Positions 19,174 through 31,200 of a DNA stretch of 64,000 nucleotides are shown here, piece after piece. This DNA is from a virus (Duplodnaviria; Caudoviricetes), in IMG/VR virus record IMGVR_UViG_3300034175_000069. One strand, given 5' to 3'. Position 1 is the stretch's first letter, and the number at the start of each line of letters is the position of its first letter. Both the position numbers and the translations under genes were made by a program. Below the pieces are notes generated by a model that saw nothing but the letters and a program-made list of their open reading frames with translations, was not told the origin of the DNA and made no database searches.

Positions 19174-20781
19174 GTGTCAACCGCTGATCTGTCCCTGGAG
19201 CAGATCGTCTCGCTGCTGTCCGAGGAGGAGCAGGAAGCGGTCCTCACCGACATGGAGCTGGACGAGCTGCCCTGGGACTGGGGCTGGACCGGCCGCCCCA
19301 GCCAGATCCTCCCCGTCGAGCCGATCGGCCACGGCGAGGACTGGGAGCTGGCCCTGCTGAACGCCGGTCGTGGCTTCGGGAAGACCCGCGCCGGGGCCGA
19401 GTACATCCGGGACGTGGACAAGAAGTGGTCCACCCTGCACCGGGACCCCGGCCAGCAGCTGCGTGTGGCCCTGCTCGGCCGCACGGCCGGGGACGTGCGC
19501 GACACCATCCTGAACGGCCCCTCCGGCCTGCTGCGGATCTACCCGCCGTCGGAGCTGGACAAGGTCGAGTGGATCTCCAGCCAGCGCCGTGTCAACCTCC
19601 CGGGCGGCGGCTTCGCGCTGTGCTTCTCGGCCGAGGAGCCCGACCAGCTCCGTGGCCCGGCGTTCCACGTCGGCTGGGGCGACGAGCTGGCGGCATACAA
19701 GCAGGTCAAGGGCGAGGGTGAGTTGGACGCCTGGACCAACCTCCGGATCGCCGTCCGTCTCGGGATGCTGCCCCAGGTCATCGCCACGACCACGCCGAAG
19801 CGGGTCAAGATCCTGCGTGAGCTGATCGCCGAGATCAAGGAGAACCCGGGGTCGATGCTGCTGCGCACCGGCAAGACCACGGACAACATCCACCTGGCCC
19901 AGTCCTACCTCCAGACCCTGTTCAACCTCTACGGCGGTACCACGCTGGGGGCTCAGGAGCTGGACGGCCTGATGCTGGACGAGGTCAAGGGTGCGACCGT
20001 CTCGATGAAGGTCATCGAGGACAACCGGGTCACCGCCGTGCCGCACCAGCGCCCCGGGACCAACTGGCTGCGCGTGGTCTCGGTGGACCCCTCGGTCGCC
20101 GAGAAGCCGAACGACGAGTGCGGCATCACGGTCATCTACGCCCCGGCCACGATGCCGATCCTCCAGCGCCACGCCTACGTGGTGGACGACCTCTCGCTGA
20201 AGGGCTCCCCGACGGTCTGGGCGGACGTGGTGGTCCGCGCCGCGATCAAGCACCGCGCCACCATCGTGGTGGAGAACAACCAGGGCGGCGGCCTGGTCCG
20301 GCGGCTGATCAAGGAGCGCGCGTCGGCCATGAACGTGGCACCGCCGCCGATCCGCGATGTCTGGTCCTCCCGCTCCAAGGCCGTCCGCGCGGAGCCGATC
20401 GGGGCCGCCTACGAGCGCGGCCGGGTGCACCACCTGAACACCCTGGTCGAGCTGGAGGACCAGCTGTCGGCCTGGACGCCGGAGGACCGGGGCTACTCCC
20501 CTGACCGCCTGGACGCCGTCGTGCACGGCCTGTCCGCGCTGCTGTTCCCCGAGTCGATGACCAAGGGCGGCGGGATTTCCGGAGCTGCCCAGTCGCACTC
20601 GCCGGTCGGCGTGCAGATCCCCCGGGTCGGGTCGGCCATCGCCCGCCGGAGCGGCCTGCGGATCGACACCTCCCGCGCCGTCCAGCGCACGTCCGCCTTC
20701 CGCTCCGGTGCCCCGGGCATGGGAGCGCCCCGCCGGACGCTGCCCGCCCGCCTCATCCCGCCAGGAGGCTCCAGCCAGTGA
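19174..20781 (+). CDS. terL: Terminase large subunit
   Basis: Walker A AGRGFGKT, Walker B WGDE, TTTP coupling motif, nuclease VSVDPS, and SPDRLDA. Confidence 0.95.
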   Translation: MSTADLSLEQIVSLLSEEEQEAVLTDMELDELPWDWGWTGRPSQILPVEPIGHGEDWELALLNAGRGFGKTRAGAEYIRDVDKKWSTLHRDPGQQLRVALLGRTAGDVRDTILNGPSGLLRIYPPSELDKVEWISSQRRVNLPGGGFALCFSAEEPDQLRGPAFHVGWGDELAAYKQVKGEGELDAWTNLRIAVRLGMLPQVIATTTPKRVKILRELIAEIKENPGSMLLRTGKTTDNIHLAQSYLQTLFNLYGGTTLGAQELDGLMLDEVKGATVSMKVIEDNRVTAVPHQRPGTNWLRVVSVDPSVAEKPNDECGITVIYAPATMPILQRHAYVVDDLSLKGSPTVWADVVVRAAIKHRATIVVENNQGGGLVRRLIKERASAMNVAPPPIRDVWSSRSKAVRAEPIGAAYERGRVHHLNTLVELEDQLSAWTPEDRGYSPDRLDAVVHGLSALLFPESMTKGGGISGAAQSHSPVGVQIPRVGSAIARRSGLRIDTSRAVQRTSAFRSGAPGMGAPRRTLPARLIPPGGSSQ

Positions 20782-21566
20782 CCGCCCCACCGCCTCCCAC
20801 CGGTCCCCAGACGCCCCCTCAGCAGCCCGCCACGACCCAGCCAGCCGGGCTGGAGGCAGCCGCTACCGCCGCTGCCCAGGAGGAGGAGATCAGCGCTCTG
20901 GGCCCGGCGCTGGCTGCCTTCGTGGTCTCCGTGCTGGCCTTCGCCCGAGCAGGCGGCCGGGTGGCCGGGCTGCCGTCCACGATCGCCAAGAAGATCGGCT
21001 ACGACGCGATCATCATCGCGGCGCTCACCGCCGTGGCCATGCGCGCGCTGGACCACCAGCGGACCTTCAGCGGTCCCCGCGCCGCCGAGGAGCTGTGGGA
21101 GCACAGCGACCAGGCCGTGGTGGCCGGGGTCGAGGCGGGGCTGGAGACGCTGGCCCAGGCGGCCAAGCACATCGCCCGCTCCGCGCGCGCCGACGAGGCC
21201 ACCGGCGGATCCCCGGGGGTCTCCCTGCCGGGTGAGCCCTACGACCCCGACGCCGCTGAGCACGCCAAGAGCTACGCCGACCCCGAGCAGATCGCGCTGC
21301 CGGTCGTGCAGAGCACCCGGCACGCGGCCCAGCTGGCTGCCGCCGAGGCTGCGGGCTGGACCCGGAAGACCTGGGTGGACATGCACGACAACCGGGTGCG
21401 GGCCAGCCACGCCTTCCTCGGGTCGCCGAAGTACGAGTACCACGCGGTTCCGATTCTGGAGCCGTTCGTGACCATCGACGGCAACAAGCTCTGGTACCCC
21501 GGCGACACCTCCGCTCCCCCGCACGAGTGGATGCGCTGCCGCTGCTGGCTGAAGCTGACCAGGTAG
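20778..21566 (+). CDS. MuF-like (phage Mu gpF / SPP1 gp7) minor head protein
   Basis: C-terminal KTW...DNRVRASH...PF...YPGD...CRC motif. Confidence 0.85.
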   Translation: MTAPPPPTGPQTPPQQPATTQPAGLEAAATAAAQEEEISALGPALAAFVVSVLAFARAGGRVAGLPSTIAKKIGYDAIIIAALTAVAMRALDHQRTFSGPRAAEELWEHSDQAVVAGVEAGLETLAQAAKHIARSARADEATGGSPGVSLPGEPYDPDAAEHAKSYADPEQIALPVVQSTRHAAQLAAAEAAGWTRKTWVDMHDNRVRASHAFLGSPKYEYHAVPILEPFVTIDGNKLWYPGDTSAPPHEWMRCRCWLKLTR

Positions 21567-21605
21567 GGACACATCTGGTTGACACGGACTGACAGACTGG
21601 CGATC

Positions 21606-21812
21606 GTGCCGCCCTCCCGTCGCTCTCAGCTGCTCATGTACTCCCGGCGTCTGCGCTACTGGCTCTGGCAGTTCAGCTGGTTCGGGATCTTCGCCGTGCT
21701 GTTCGGACTGCTGGCGGTCGGGCTGTCACTGCACGAAGCACCCATCGGCCAGGTCGTGGCGGCGGGCTTCGCCGCCGTCACGCTGGCCATCCTTTCGACC
21801 AAGGAGACCTGA
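21606..21812 (+). CDS. two-TM membrane protein (holin candidate)
   Basis: Two hydrophobic helices; GTTGACA-8-CAGACT-7-GTG promoter geometry. Confidence 0.6.
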   Translation: MPPSRRSQLLMYSRRLRYWLWQFSWFGIFAVLFGLLAVGLSLHEAPIGQVVAAGFAAVTLAILSTKET

Positions 21813-22126
21813 TGACCCAGATCGAGTTCACCGAGTCCGAGCCCACCGAGCCCGAGTTCGAGGTCCGCCGGGCGATGAAGAAGCCGGTGGAGATCCAGTC
21901 GGTCAAGGCCACCACCGACAACCTGCGCGAGATCGTGGAGTGGATCGAGGGGAACAACCACGCCGCCGTCCTCGGTGAGGGCCAGCTGATCATCCAGACG
22001 CTGGAGGGCCCGTTCACCGTGCGCCCCGGCGACTACGTCATGCGCGGCATCCGAGGGGAGTTCTACCGGTGCGACGCAGAGATCTACTCGGAGAGCTACG
22101 ACGATCTGGGCCCGGCCGAGTCCTGA
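21812..22126 (+). CDS. phage protein (KKPV...TLEG...GD...GEFY.C family)
   Basis: MKKPVEIQ...IQTLEGPFTVRPGDYVMRGIRGEFYRC. Confidence 0.75.
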   Translation: MTQIEFTESEPTEPEFEVRRAMKKPVEIQSVKATTDNLREIVEWIEGNNHAAVLGEGQLIIQTLEGPFTVRPGDYVMRGIRGEFYRCDAEIYSESYDDLGPAES

Positions 22127-22584
22127 TGGCCGCCATCTCTGACGTGTTCGCCGAGGCCCTGACCAAGGTGATCACCGACCGGCTGAGGCCCGAGCAGGCC
22201 AGCCGCCTGGCCGCTCTGGTGGCTGCGCGCGGTGCGCGTCCGAACACCGATGCCTCGGACCAGATCCAGCTGGCGCACTTCATCCTCACGGGCAGCGGGG
22301 ACATGCCTTCAATCGAGGAGCTTCAGCGTCTGGAGGCCCTGGAGTTCTCCAGGCGAGGCACGGACGAGAGCTACACCGTCGAGCTGGGCGGCCAGCACTT
22401 CACGAAGGCCCAGTGGGAGGCCGTCCAGGTCTACGCCCAGGGCACGACCGCCGAGACAGCGCCGCTGGCCGAGGTGGCGATCGAGGAGCACCCCGACGAT
22501 CCCGGTCCGGCGGCTCCGCCGGACTTCGATGCCGTCCCGCCCGCGCCCCGCGCCGGTGAGGGGTGGCAGGGTCACGCCCCGTGA
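22126..22584 (+). CDS. hypothetical protein
   Basis: TGATG coupling and GC3 bias. Confidence 0.65.
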   Translation: MAAISDVFAEALTKVITDRLRPEQASRLAALVAARGARPNTDASDQIQLAHFILTGSGDMPSIEELQRLEALEFSRRGTDESYTVELGGQHFTKAQWEAVQVYAQGTTAETAPLAEVAIEEHPDDPGPAAPPDFDAVPPAPRAGEGWQGHAP

Positions 22585-22772
22585 GCCTGTTCCCCTTCCG
22601 GTGTTCGGCCTGCGGGACCGTCCACTACATCAACCGGGCGCTGGCCGTGGAGTGCCCGGTGGAGGCCTGCAAGGCCAAGGTCGGCCAGCCCTGCCGGGAT
22701 CTCCGGACCAAGGAGGAGGCGGGGAAGACCCGGCTCCAGCCGCACCCCGAGCGAGAGGCGCTGCTGCCATGA
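22581..22772 (+). CDS. small zinc-finger protein
   Basis: CSAC and CPVEACKAKVGQPC...H motifs. Confidence 0.65.
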   Translation: MSLFPFRCSACGTVHYINRALAVECPVEACKAKVGQPCRDLRTKEEAGKTRLQPHPEREALLP

Positions 22773-23134
22773 CGTTCCGCCGCAAGGGTGGGGGTGTCCC
22801 CGCTGCAAGCGTGGGGGTCACCCCGCTGCAAGCACTGACCCTCGGGCTGGCCACGGCCCGGTTGACACAGCTGGTGGTGGACGACGAGATCACCGAGCCG
22901 GGCCGGAAGGCCGTCCGCCGGGCCTACCAGGCTGCCGCACCCGGCTCCCAGCGAGAGACAGCGCTGGACTTGGCGGACACCGTGCTCAACTGCCACGCCT
23001 GCTCATCGGTCTGGGCCGGTGGCGCGGTCGTGACAGCCGAGCTGACCGGGGTGGGACGCTTCCTGGTGCGGGTGCTGGCGCTGAGCCAGGCTGCCCTGGC
23101 CGTGAAGGCCGTGATCGAGAGGATCGACCGATGA
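22769..23134 (+). CDS. DUF1360-like membrane protein
   Basis: LATARLTQLVVDDEITEP.R...CHACSSVW pattern. Confidence 0.75.
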   Translation: MTFRRKGGGVPAASVGVTPLQALTLGLATARLTQLVVDDEITEPGRKAVRRAYQAAAPGSQRETALDLADTVLNCHACSSVWAGGAVVTAELTGVGRFLVRVLALSQAALAVKAVIERIDR

Positions 23135-23517
23135 CCGCCAGCATCACCCTGATCGCCGACATCTACCCGGCGTCGATCATCGACGGCCGGACCGGTGCCC
23201 GGCCCGAGGGCGTCCCGGCCAAGGCCAAGATCCGGGTCATCCTGGCCACCACCGAGATCAAGGTGGCCTGGGCCGCGCCGGGCGGCGGGGTCGAGAGCCT
23301 GACCATCCCGCTGACCTTCGAGGAGACGGCCGAGGCCGACCACAACGGCGGCACCGTCGGGACCTACGAGATCAAGCGCGCGGGCGGGTGTTCGTGCGAC
23401 AAGATGCTGAAGCGCTGGAACCCCTACGCCGGGCAGCCGACAGCCCAGGTCGTTCGGTCCACGCCCAGCTCACGGACGGAGTCCTGGGGTCTGCCCCAGA
23501 AGTACAAGCGGCTCTGA
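23131..23517 (+). CDS. hypothetical protein
   Basis: Coupled ORF containing GGCSC. Confidence 0.65.
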   Translation: MTASITLIADIYPASIIDGRTGARPEGVPAKAKIRVILATTEIKVAWAAPGGGVESLTIPLTFEETAEADHNGGTVGTYEIKRAGGCSCDKMLKRWNPYAGQPTAQVVRSTPSSRTESWGLPQKYKRL

Positions 23518-23567
23518 GTCCAGGCCTTGTCAACCGCACCCGGTGACTCTGCCGCTACGCTGCCGTC

Positions 23568-25214
23568 ATGGCTGGTGGGGTTCTCCGACGGAAGCGTGAC
23601 GCCGCCCCCGAGGAGGGCCTGACCGCCGGAGCGCAGGTGGTCAAGCTCCCGGAGCGCCAGGCATCGGCTGCCCGGTACAGCAAGCCCCGGGCCATCGTCG
23701 CCTCCGCCGAGCGGGTGGACCTGGACACCGCCTGGCAGGAACGATCGCGGGCGTCCTACGCCGCCTGGCAGTCCGAGGCCTGGACCGGCTACGAGCGCGT
23801 GGGCGAGATCCACTACGGCTTCAACCTGGTCTCCAGCGTGCTGTCCCGGCTGCGGGTCTTCCCCGCAGCGCTGGTTGACACCGAGGAAGCCCCGATGGGG
23901 GCCCAGGACGCGGCCGAGAAGGGCCTGGTCAGCACGGACCTGGCGCAGGACGCCGAGGAGATCATGCGGGAGATCTCCGGCCCGGCCTTCGCCGGTCTGG
24001 TCCGCAGCTTCGGCCTGAACATGAACGTCCCCGGCGAGTGCTACCTGATCCGCCTGGTGGGCGAGGACAAGGACAAGCGCAAGACGGTCCAGTGGAAGAT
24101 CGTCTCCACCGACGAGCTGGTCGTGGACGCCACCGGCGCAGTGCTCCGCCCGATCCGGGGCGAGACGACGCAGCAGAAGGTGCTCCCGAAGAACACCTAC
24201 ATCGGCCGGATCTGGCGCTCCCACCCGCGCTACTCCGGTGAGCCCGACAGCTCCATGATCGGCGTCGCCGACGCGGTCGAGGAGCTGCTGATCCTCCAGC
24301 GCCTGGTGCGCTCTGCGACCCGCACGCGGCTGAACAACGGCCTGCTGTTCCTGCCCGACGGCCTGCTGACCACGCGCATGGCGATGGCCCTGAACGGGCT
24401 GAACGAGGACGGCAGCCCGATCCCCGAGGATCAGCTGGCCGAGATGACCAACGATCCCGGCAACCAGCTGGTGGCCGACATCCTCCAGGCGATCGTCACG
24501 GCGGTCTCCGACGAGGGCGACGCCAGCGCGGTCGCGCCGATCATGGTCACCGGCGAGGGCGGCCTGGCCGAGCAGATCAAGCACATCACCTTCGAGCGCG
24601 GCTCCGACGAGTGGCTGGTCAGCCGCACCGAGCGCGCGCTGGAACGGATCCTCCAGGGCATCGACGTGCCCAAGGAGGTCGTCACCGGCCTGGCCAACGT
24701 CAAGTACTCCAACGCCCTGGTGATTGACGAGAACCTCTACAAGGCCAACATCGAGCCGCTGGCCCTGGTCCTCTCCGACGCCCTGACCGAGGTCTTCCTG
24801 CGGCCCATGTTGAGGGCCAAGGGGTATTCTGAGTCCGATCTCAACAGGATCGTCGTCTGGTACGACCCGAGCGAGATCGTCACCCGCCCGAACCAGGCCC
24901 AGGACTCCAGCGATGGCTACGACCGCTTCGTGCTCGGCCCGGGTGCCTGGCGGCGGGAGCACGGCTTCAGCGACCAGGACGCCCCGAGCGAGGCCGAGAT
25001 GGGCATGATGCTGCTGACCAGCGGCGCAGCCCTCCCGCCCGAGGTGCAGATGGCCCTGCTCCAGGCGATGCTGCCGAAGCTGCTGGGTGAGCAGCGTGAG
25101 AAGAACCTGGCGGAACAGCCGGTTCAGCAGCCCGACTCCGCCAGGAACATCCTGAGTCCAGCCCCCGAGTCCGTGAACGTCAGCGATGCAGCGACTGGAG
25201 TCAACGCCGCGTGA
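23568..25214 (+). CDS. Portal protein
   Basis: Size and position; WQSEAW.GY..VGEIHY, NLNVPGECYL, IWRSHPR...PDS and RLNNGLLFLP resemble cluster-B-like portals; leaderless promoter TACGCT-6-ATG. Confidence 0.85.
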   Translation: MAGGVLRRKRDAAPEEGLTAGAQVVKLPERQASAARYSKPRAIVASAERVDLDTAWQERSRASYAAWQSEAWTGYERVGEIHYGFNLVSSVLSRLRVFPAALVDTEEAPMGAQDAAEKGLVSTDLAQDAEEIMREISGPAFAGLVRSFGLNMNVPGECYLIRLVGEDKDKRKTVQWKIVSTDELVVDATGAVLRPIRGETTQQKVLPKNTYIGRIWRSHPRYSGEPDSSMIGVADAVEELLILQRLVRSATRTRLNNGLLFLPDGLLTTRMAMALNGLNEDGSPIPEDQLAEMTNDPGNQLVADILQAIVTAVSDEGDASAVAPIMVTGEGGLAEQIKHITFERGSDEWLVSRTERALERILQGIDVPKEVVTGLANVKYSNALVIDENLYKANIEPLALVLSDALTEVFLRPMLRAKGYSESDLNRIVVWYDPSEIVTRPNQAQDSSDGYDRFVLGPGAWRREHGFSDQDAPSEAEMGMMLLTSGAALPPEVQMALLQAMLPKLLGEQREKNLAEQPVQQPDSARNILSPAPESVNVSDAATGVNAA

Positions 25215-28200
25215 GCGACAGCCCGAAGTACACGACCGCGATCATCGCGGCGGTCCCGGCCAAGGCCGACCCCGTCAACGACGTGGTCATCGAGGACGCC
25301 CACGTCACGCTCCAGTTCCTGGGCGAGGCCGACAGCCTGTCGCCGGAGCAGATCAAGGACATCCAGGACGCCCTGGCCCTGATGGCCCCGAACCTCTACC
25401 CGTTCCCGGCGGACGTGGCCGGGACGGCCGAGCTGGGCCCGGACAAGGCCAAGGTGCTGCTGGTCCAGAGTGAGCCGCTGACCAAGCTGAAGGAGCTGCT
25501 GGGCACGGTCCCGGCGGTGTCAACCGCTGTCGCGGCGGCCGAGCAGTTCCCGAACTGGATCCCTCACCTGACCCTGGCCTACGGCGACGACGGCACGCAG
25601 GCCGACGGTGACGGCATCGAGCAGGTGACCATCGGCTCCCTGGAGCTGTGGCTGGCAGAGGAGCACCACGTGTACGAGCTGGCCAAGAGCGCACCCGGCC
25701 CGGTCGAGGAGGACAGCGAGGTCGCCAGCGTGATCGCGGCCGGACTCAAGAGCTTCGAAGAGGGCCTGCACCCGCGTGCGGCGGACGGCCGGTTCATCGA
25801 CAAGTTCGGGGTGGTCAAGTACCTCTCGCCGAAGGGCGGCTGGGAGTACGGCAAGGTCGAGGGGATCAACAAGGACGAGGACAGCGGGGCCATCCAGGTC
25901 ACGGTCACGCCCTCGGACCTGTCCGGGAAGATCACCGGCGCGGAGAGCAAGGTGCTCTCCCCGAAGCAGCTCTACCACGCACCGAAGGCCAAGGCGCACC
26001 TGACGATCGCGGCTCCCGGCTCCAAGAAGGTCGGCGGCCAGGGCGGGTCCAACCCCGGCGGGCTCTACACGATCCCAGTCGCCTTCCCGAAGGAGGGCAG
26101 CAACGGGCAGCCCGAGAAGTACTACGTCAAGCAGCCGAAGACCAAGTCCCACGGGGCCAACGAGGCGCTGGCCAACGACCTCTACGCCGAGGCCGGGGTG
26201 CCGGTCCCCGAGGTTGACATCGGCTCGGACGGCCAGATCTACAGCAAGATCATCGAGGGCAAGCAGGACATGGCTGCCCAGCTGAACAACCCCGAGTGGA
26301 CCGACCAGATCCAGCGGAACTTCGCCGTGGACGCCTGGCTCGGGAACCGCGACGTGTTCGGCATGACCTACGACAACGTCCTCACCGACGAGCACGGCAC
26401 CGCCTGGCGCATCGACAACGGCGGGGCCCTGCTCTACCGCGCGATGGGCGAGAAGAAGACCGACTTCGGCTCCCAGGTCACCGAGCTGGACGCCTTCCGT
26501 CAGGGCAAGAAGGCCAAGATCTTCGGCCCCTCGATGACCAAGGCGCAGGAGCTGGATGGGGCCGAGCGCGTGGTGGCCATCTCGCCCTCGCGCATCGAGG
26601 AGATGGTGGCCGACGCCGGGCTGCCGAAGTCCCTGGCCGACACCCTGAAGGCCCGCCGCCAGTACATCGCCAACTACTACGGGCTGGAGCTGCCCGAGAC
26701 CAAGAAGGCCGACGAGGCCCAGGAGGGCTCCAGCGCGCCGCTGGTGGACCCGGCCGACATCTCGGCGACCAAGGGCAAGGCCCGGGGCTGGTTCAAGACC
26801 ACGCTGGCGCAGGCCGCCTTCGTGCTCCAGACCGGGGACAAGGTCGAGTTCGGCGACGGCAAGCGGGTCGATCCGGGCGTGGACGACGACGGCAGCCCGC
26901 TGTCGATGATCGGCGCGGCGGCCCAGCTGCTGGGCTGGCAGAACGAGCACGGCGCGAACGCCGAGATCTTCGTCTACAAGGGCAAGGTCACCGCCGGGAT
27001 CCCCCGGCCGAGCCACGGCCAGAAGCTGGCCACCGCCGACCTGGCCGACCAGCGCTGGCAGCGCGGCGACACGATCACCAGCCCGCTGGGCAACGACGCC
27101 AAGATCCTCGGCTGGAACTCCGACACCGGCGCGGTGCTGATCCAGTACCCCAACCAGCAGCCGCAGCTGCTGGACTCCAAGGGCACGAACGCCAACGCCG
27201 GGCCCTGGACGGTCAAGAGATGGGACCCACCGGCCCAGGAAGACCTGGACCTCTCGGCCCCTGAGTCGGCCACCCCGGAGGCTCAGGCCCCGGCTCCCGC
27301 GCCCACGCCGATGGTCGAGGACGTGCCCGCGCCGGACACCGTCCCGCCGACCGCTGAAGACCTCGGGATCGTCATCCCGACGCCGGGCAAGACGGGTCAG
27401 GCCGCTGAGGCTGAGACCGCGATCAAGGCCGACCTGGACCAGCCCCTGCCCGCCGGTACCGGCGCTCCCGCTCCCGCCAAGACCTCCGCCAAGGGCGGGG
27501 CCAAGACGATGGTCCTGGGCGACGGCACCGAGGCCGCCCCGGGCGCTGAGGTGGTCAGCAAGAAGGACGGGAAGACCTACAAGTTCGTCAAGCCGAAGGG
27601 CCAGTACTCGGTCGTCACCGACCCGAACGGCGACGACCCGGACAAGCTGCTGCTGAAGCTCGCGTCCACCATGACGCAGCCCGGCAAGGAGCCCACGGCC
27701 GACGCGGGCGCGATCGAGGCCCCGAAGACCGCTACCGGGGAGATCCCGGCGCTGGGCATGATGGCCGTCTCCAAGGACGGGCACGCCGGTGAGATCACGC
27801 TGATCTCCCCGGATGGCAAGTTCGTCTTCATCACCGACGCGAACGGCGTCCGCAAGCGCAAGAGCACGGGCACGGTCACGATCACCTCCGCCCCGCAAGC
27901 GGTTGACACGACCCCGAAGGCCGCGCCCGGCCCGCTGAAGGACTACGGCGCGGCTCCCGACCTGAAGGCGGCCAAGGAGGCCTTCCCCGGGCTGGACTAC
28001 GACCCGGCTGAGGATCTGGACGCCGGGGACATGGTCATCGTCGGCTACGCCGATGGCAGCTTCGGCAAGGAGCCCTACACCGGCCAGCCGCTGGACAGCC
28101 TGCTCCAGAACACCGGGGGCAAGGTCGCCAACCACGGCACGGTGAAGGACTACACCGGCCCGATCTCCACCCAGCAGCTGGTCCAGGCGTCGGCGGTCAA

Positions 28201-31200
28201 GAACAACAGCACGACCTTCGAGGTCGTCTGGGGCGGCACGATCGGCTTCACGGACGGCACGGTGGGCCCGAGCGGCGGGCTGGTCATCTGGGGTGTTGAG
28301 AACGGGATGCCGGACCCCGGCTACGCCTTTGAGCTGCCGAAGGAGGGGCAGAACGTCCACATCCTCGGCTCGGAGGAGAACTTCGCGCTGGCGCTGCCCG
28401 GCGGCACGGGCTTCCAGGCCAACGATGGCTGGACCGGCACCGCCTCTCCGGCTCCGCTGTACGGCGACGAGGCCAAGACCCCGGCCGAGTGGTCCGGCCA
28501 GATCTCCGTCGGCCAGGAGATCAGCCTGGACGGCCAGAACTGGCTGACGGTCACGAACGTCATGGCCTCCGACTCCCTCCAGGTGGAGGACAGCAACGGG
28601 GCGACGGCCTACCTGGCTTCCTCCTCCCCGGCCACCTACGTGCTGAAGGCCCCGCCGATGAAGGACGCGGACGCGCCTTCCCCGGCCTTCGACCCGGCCA
28701 ACGACACGACCCCGGACATCCCGGGTGCGGACGAGACCACGACCACCGGGCCGCCGACCAAGAAGCCCAGTGAGCTGGTCAGCGGTGACGTGGTGGTGGC
28801 CTTCGACGGCACCTACGCGATCATCGAGCAAGCCGAGAAGGAGGACGGCTTCGGCGGCTGGAACCTCACGTCCCTGGGCACCTTCGAGACGGAGTGGGCA
28901 CCCAGCTCGGCCGACCTGAAGTACCAGGGCAACATCAAGGCCGGGTCGGTGGATGTCCCGATCGGTGCCTTCGCCGGGCAGTTCTACCCGGGCGTGAACT
29001 TCCAGCCCGGTCCGGACCACGACATGACGGTGGTCTCCTACCCGTCCCTCCAGGACAACGGCAACCAGAAGTTCGCCGTGATGATCAACGGCGACCCCGA
29101 GAACCTGGCGATCGTGCAGGTCGGCCCGGGTGCCGGAGCGGACATCGGGCCGGACGCGGTGATGGGCGTCTACCTCGCGCCCTTCCAGACCTCGGCCGAG
29201 AGCGGCGTGGACACGGGCAAGGTCAACGACCTGTTCGACGCCAGCGTGACGGTCGATCAGACCCCGCCGGACCACTACTGGGCGATGTCTGACCAGGGCA
29301 TCGACTTCGGCAACGCGCAGTACCCGATCTACGCCAGCGGCAGTGGCGGCTACTACCGGATCGGCCCGAACGGCGGGCAGGTCTGGAACGCCGCGCAGCT
29401 GGAGTGGGAGTCCTCCAGCACGACCGTCACCGGCATGGACAAGGTCTGGGACGGCAAGCCTTTCGAGGGCAAGCTGAAGATCCCCGAGGGCACGAGCCTC
29501 TCGCTGTACGGCGCGGGCTCGGCGGACTACAAGCCTGACGCGGGCGAGGCCGTCGCCCTCATCACGCTGCCCGGCACTTCCGGCGCGCTGATCGTCTCCC
29601 CGTCCGGCAGCTTCTCACCGGGGTCGAAGGTCTACACGGTCAAGGGCGACGGCTCCGGGGTCTACTCCCCCGGCTACAACGTCGAGGACCTGGGCCCCGG
29701 CCAGATCACCGTCATCCACGACCCCTTCGGTCCGGTTGACACGGGTCCGGCGCTGGTCCACCACCAGGGCCCGCTGGCTCCGACCTTCCTGGCGAACAAG
29801 CTCAACGACTACGGCTACACCCCGGCCGACGGGGAGACCTTCCTGATCGCGCAGATGCCCTCCGGGGGCATGTCGGTGCTGACCAAGCAGTCCGACGGCA
29901 CCTACAAGAAGATCGGCTACTCCGGCCTGGGTCAGAAGACCTGGACGCTGGACGAGGTCATCGAGCAGGGCAACGACGTCGGGGCGGACTTCTACACCTG
30001 GACGCATGTCCCCGAGGGTGAGAACGGGCCGACCGTGGTTGCCGGGCTGCCCGGGGACTACGCGCCGTTCATCCCGGGCGAGGGCCAGGCGGTCCTGAAG
30101 TCCACGATGCCCAACGGCAAGGTGAGCATCTACCTCCAGCAGCAGCCCGGCGGCGGCTGGTACCTGATGTCCCCGGACGGGACGATTGACGAGTCCTCGG
30201 ACGCGATCAAGAGCAACCACGTCGTCCAGATGAAGCTGTCGGGCAAGGGCTCCAGCAGCCAGAAGTACGAGCTGCTGCACCCGACCGAGGGCGGCACGAA
30301 GGCCACGCCGGACGCCCCGCCGACCTTCAGCAACCAGTCCACCTCGTTCACCCCGGCCCCGGGGCAGAAGGTCGTGCAGCTGCTCAGCTACGAGGGCGAC
30401 GACGACCCTTGGTTCTTCGTGCAGAGCACGCCGGGTGGCGAGTGGGCTCCGGCCCCGACCAACCCCGAGGCCGGGGCTCCGCTGGGCGACTCCGGGATGC
30501 AGGCCTACCTGGCCAAGTCCCTGGCTGCTCAGCCGGGCGCTGCCGGGTCCAAGTACACGCTGGTCTACGACGGCACCGGCAGCGCGGCTGCTCCGGCGGT
30601 TGACACCGAGGACACCCCGACGCCGGACTTCGAGGGGTACATCCCGCAGACCGGCGACAAGGTCATCTCCTACGCGCCGAACGGCACGACGGACCCGTAC
30701 TTCTACGTCCAGCAGGGCGGCGAGGGCCCGTACAAGATGGCCGTCGGGGGCCAGCTCTCCAGCTCCACGGTGATGCAGGCCAGCGAGATCCCGACCAACC
30801 TGGGCCCGGAGTTCGGCAACGACTTCCACCAGGAGTGGCCGCTGCCCGAGACGACCCCGGCCGCTCCGGCCGGTGGTGGCGTCTTCGACGGCTACCAGAG
30901 CGACCCCGGCGACAACGTCGTCTCCTTCACCGGCCCCACCGGCGGGACCACCACGGTGGTCAAGAAGGACGGCACCTGGCAGCCGATCGTCAACGGCCAG
31001 CTGGAGGCCGATGACGCCTACAGCCAGGACACGATGGAGTGGGCGGCCAGCCAGTCCGGCTACACCGTCAACGTCCTCCAGGGCTCGCTGAAGGGCGTCC
31101 CGGGCGAGGGTGCACCGCTGGACACCGGTGGGGAGCACTACGCCGGGGTCAGCGTCGCCACGACGCTGTCCAAGGACGCGGTCACCACCCAGGACGCCTC

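Noticed and set aside
21812-22126. Tad2 (DUF2829) anti-Thoeris assignment
   Set aside because: Lacks the F..AL..LK.G..V.R.GW signature and fits a different common phage family.
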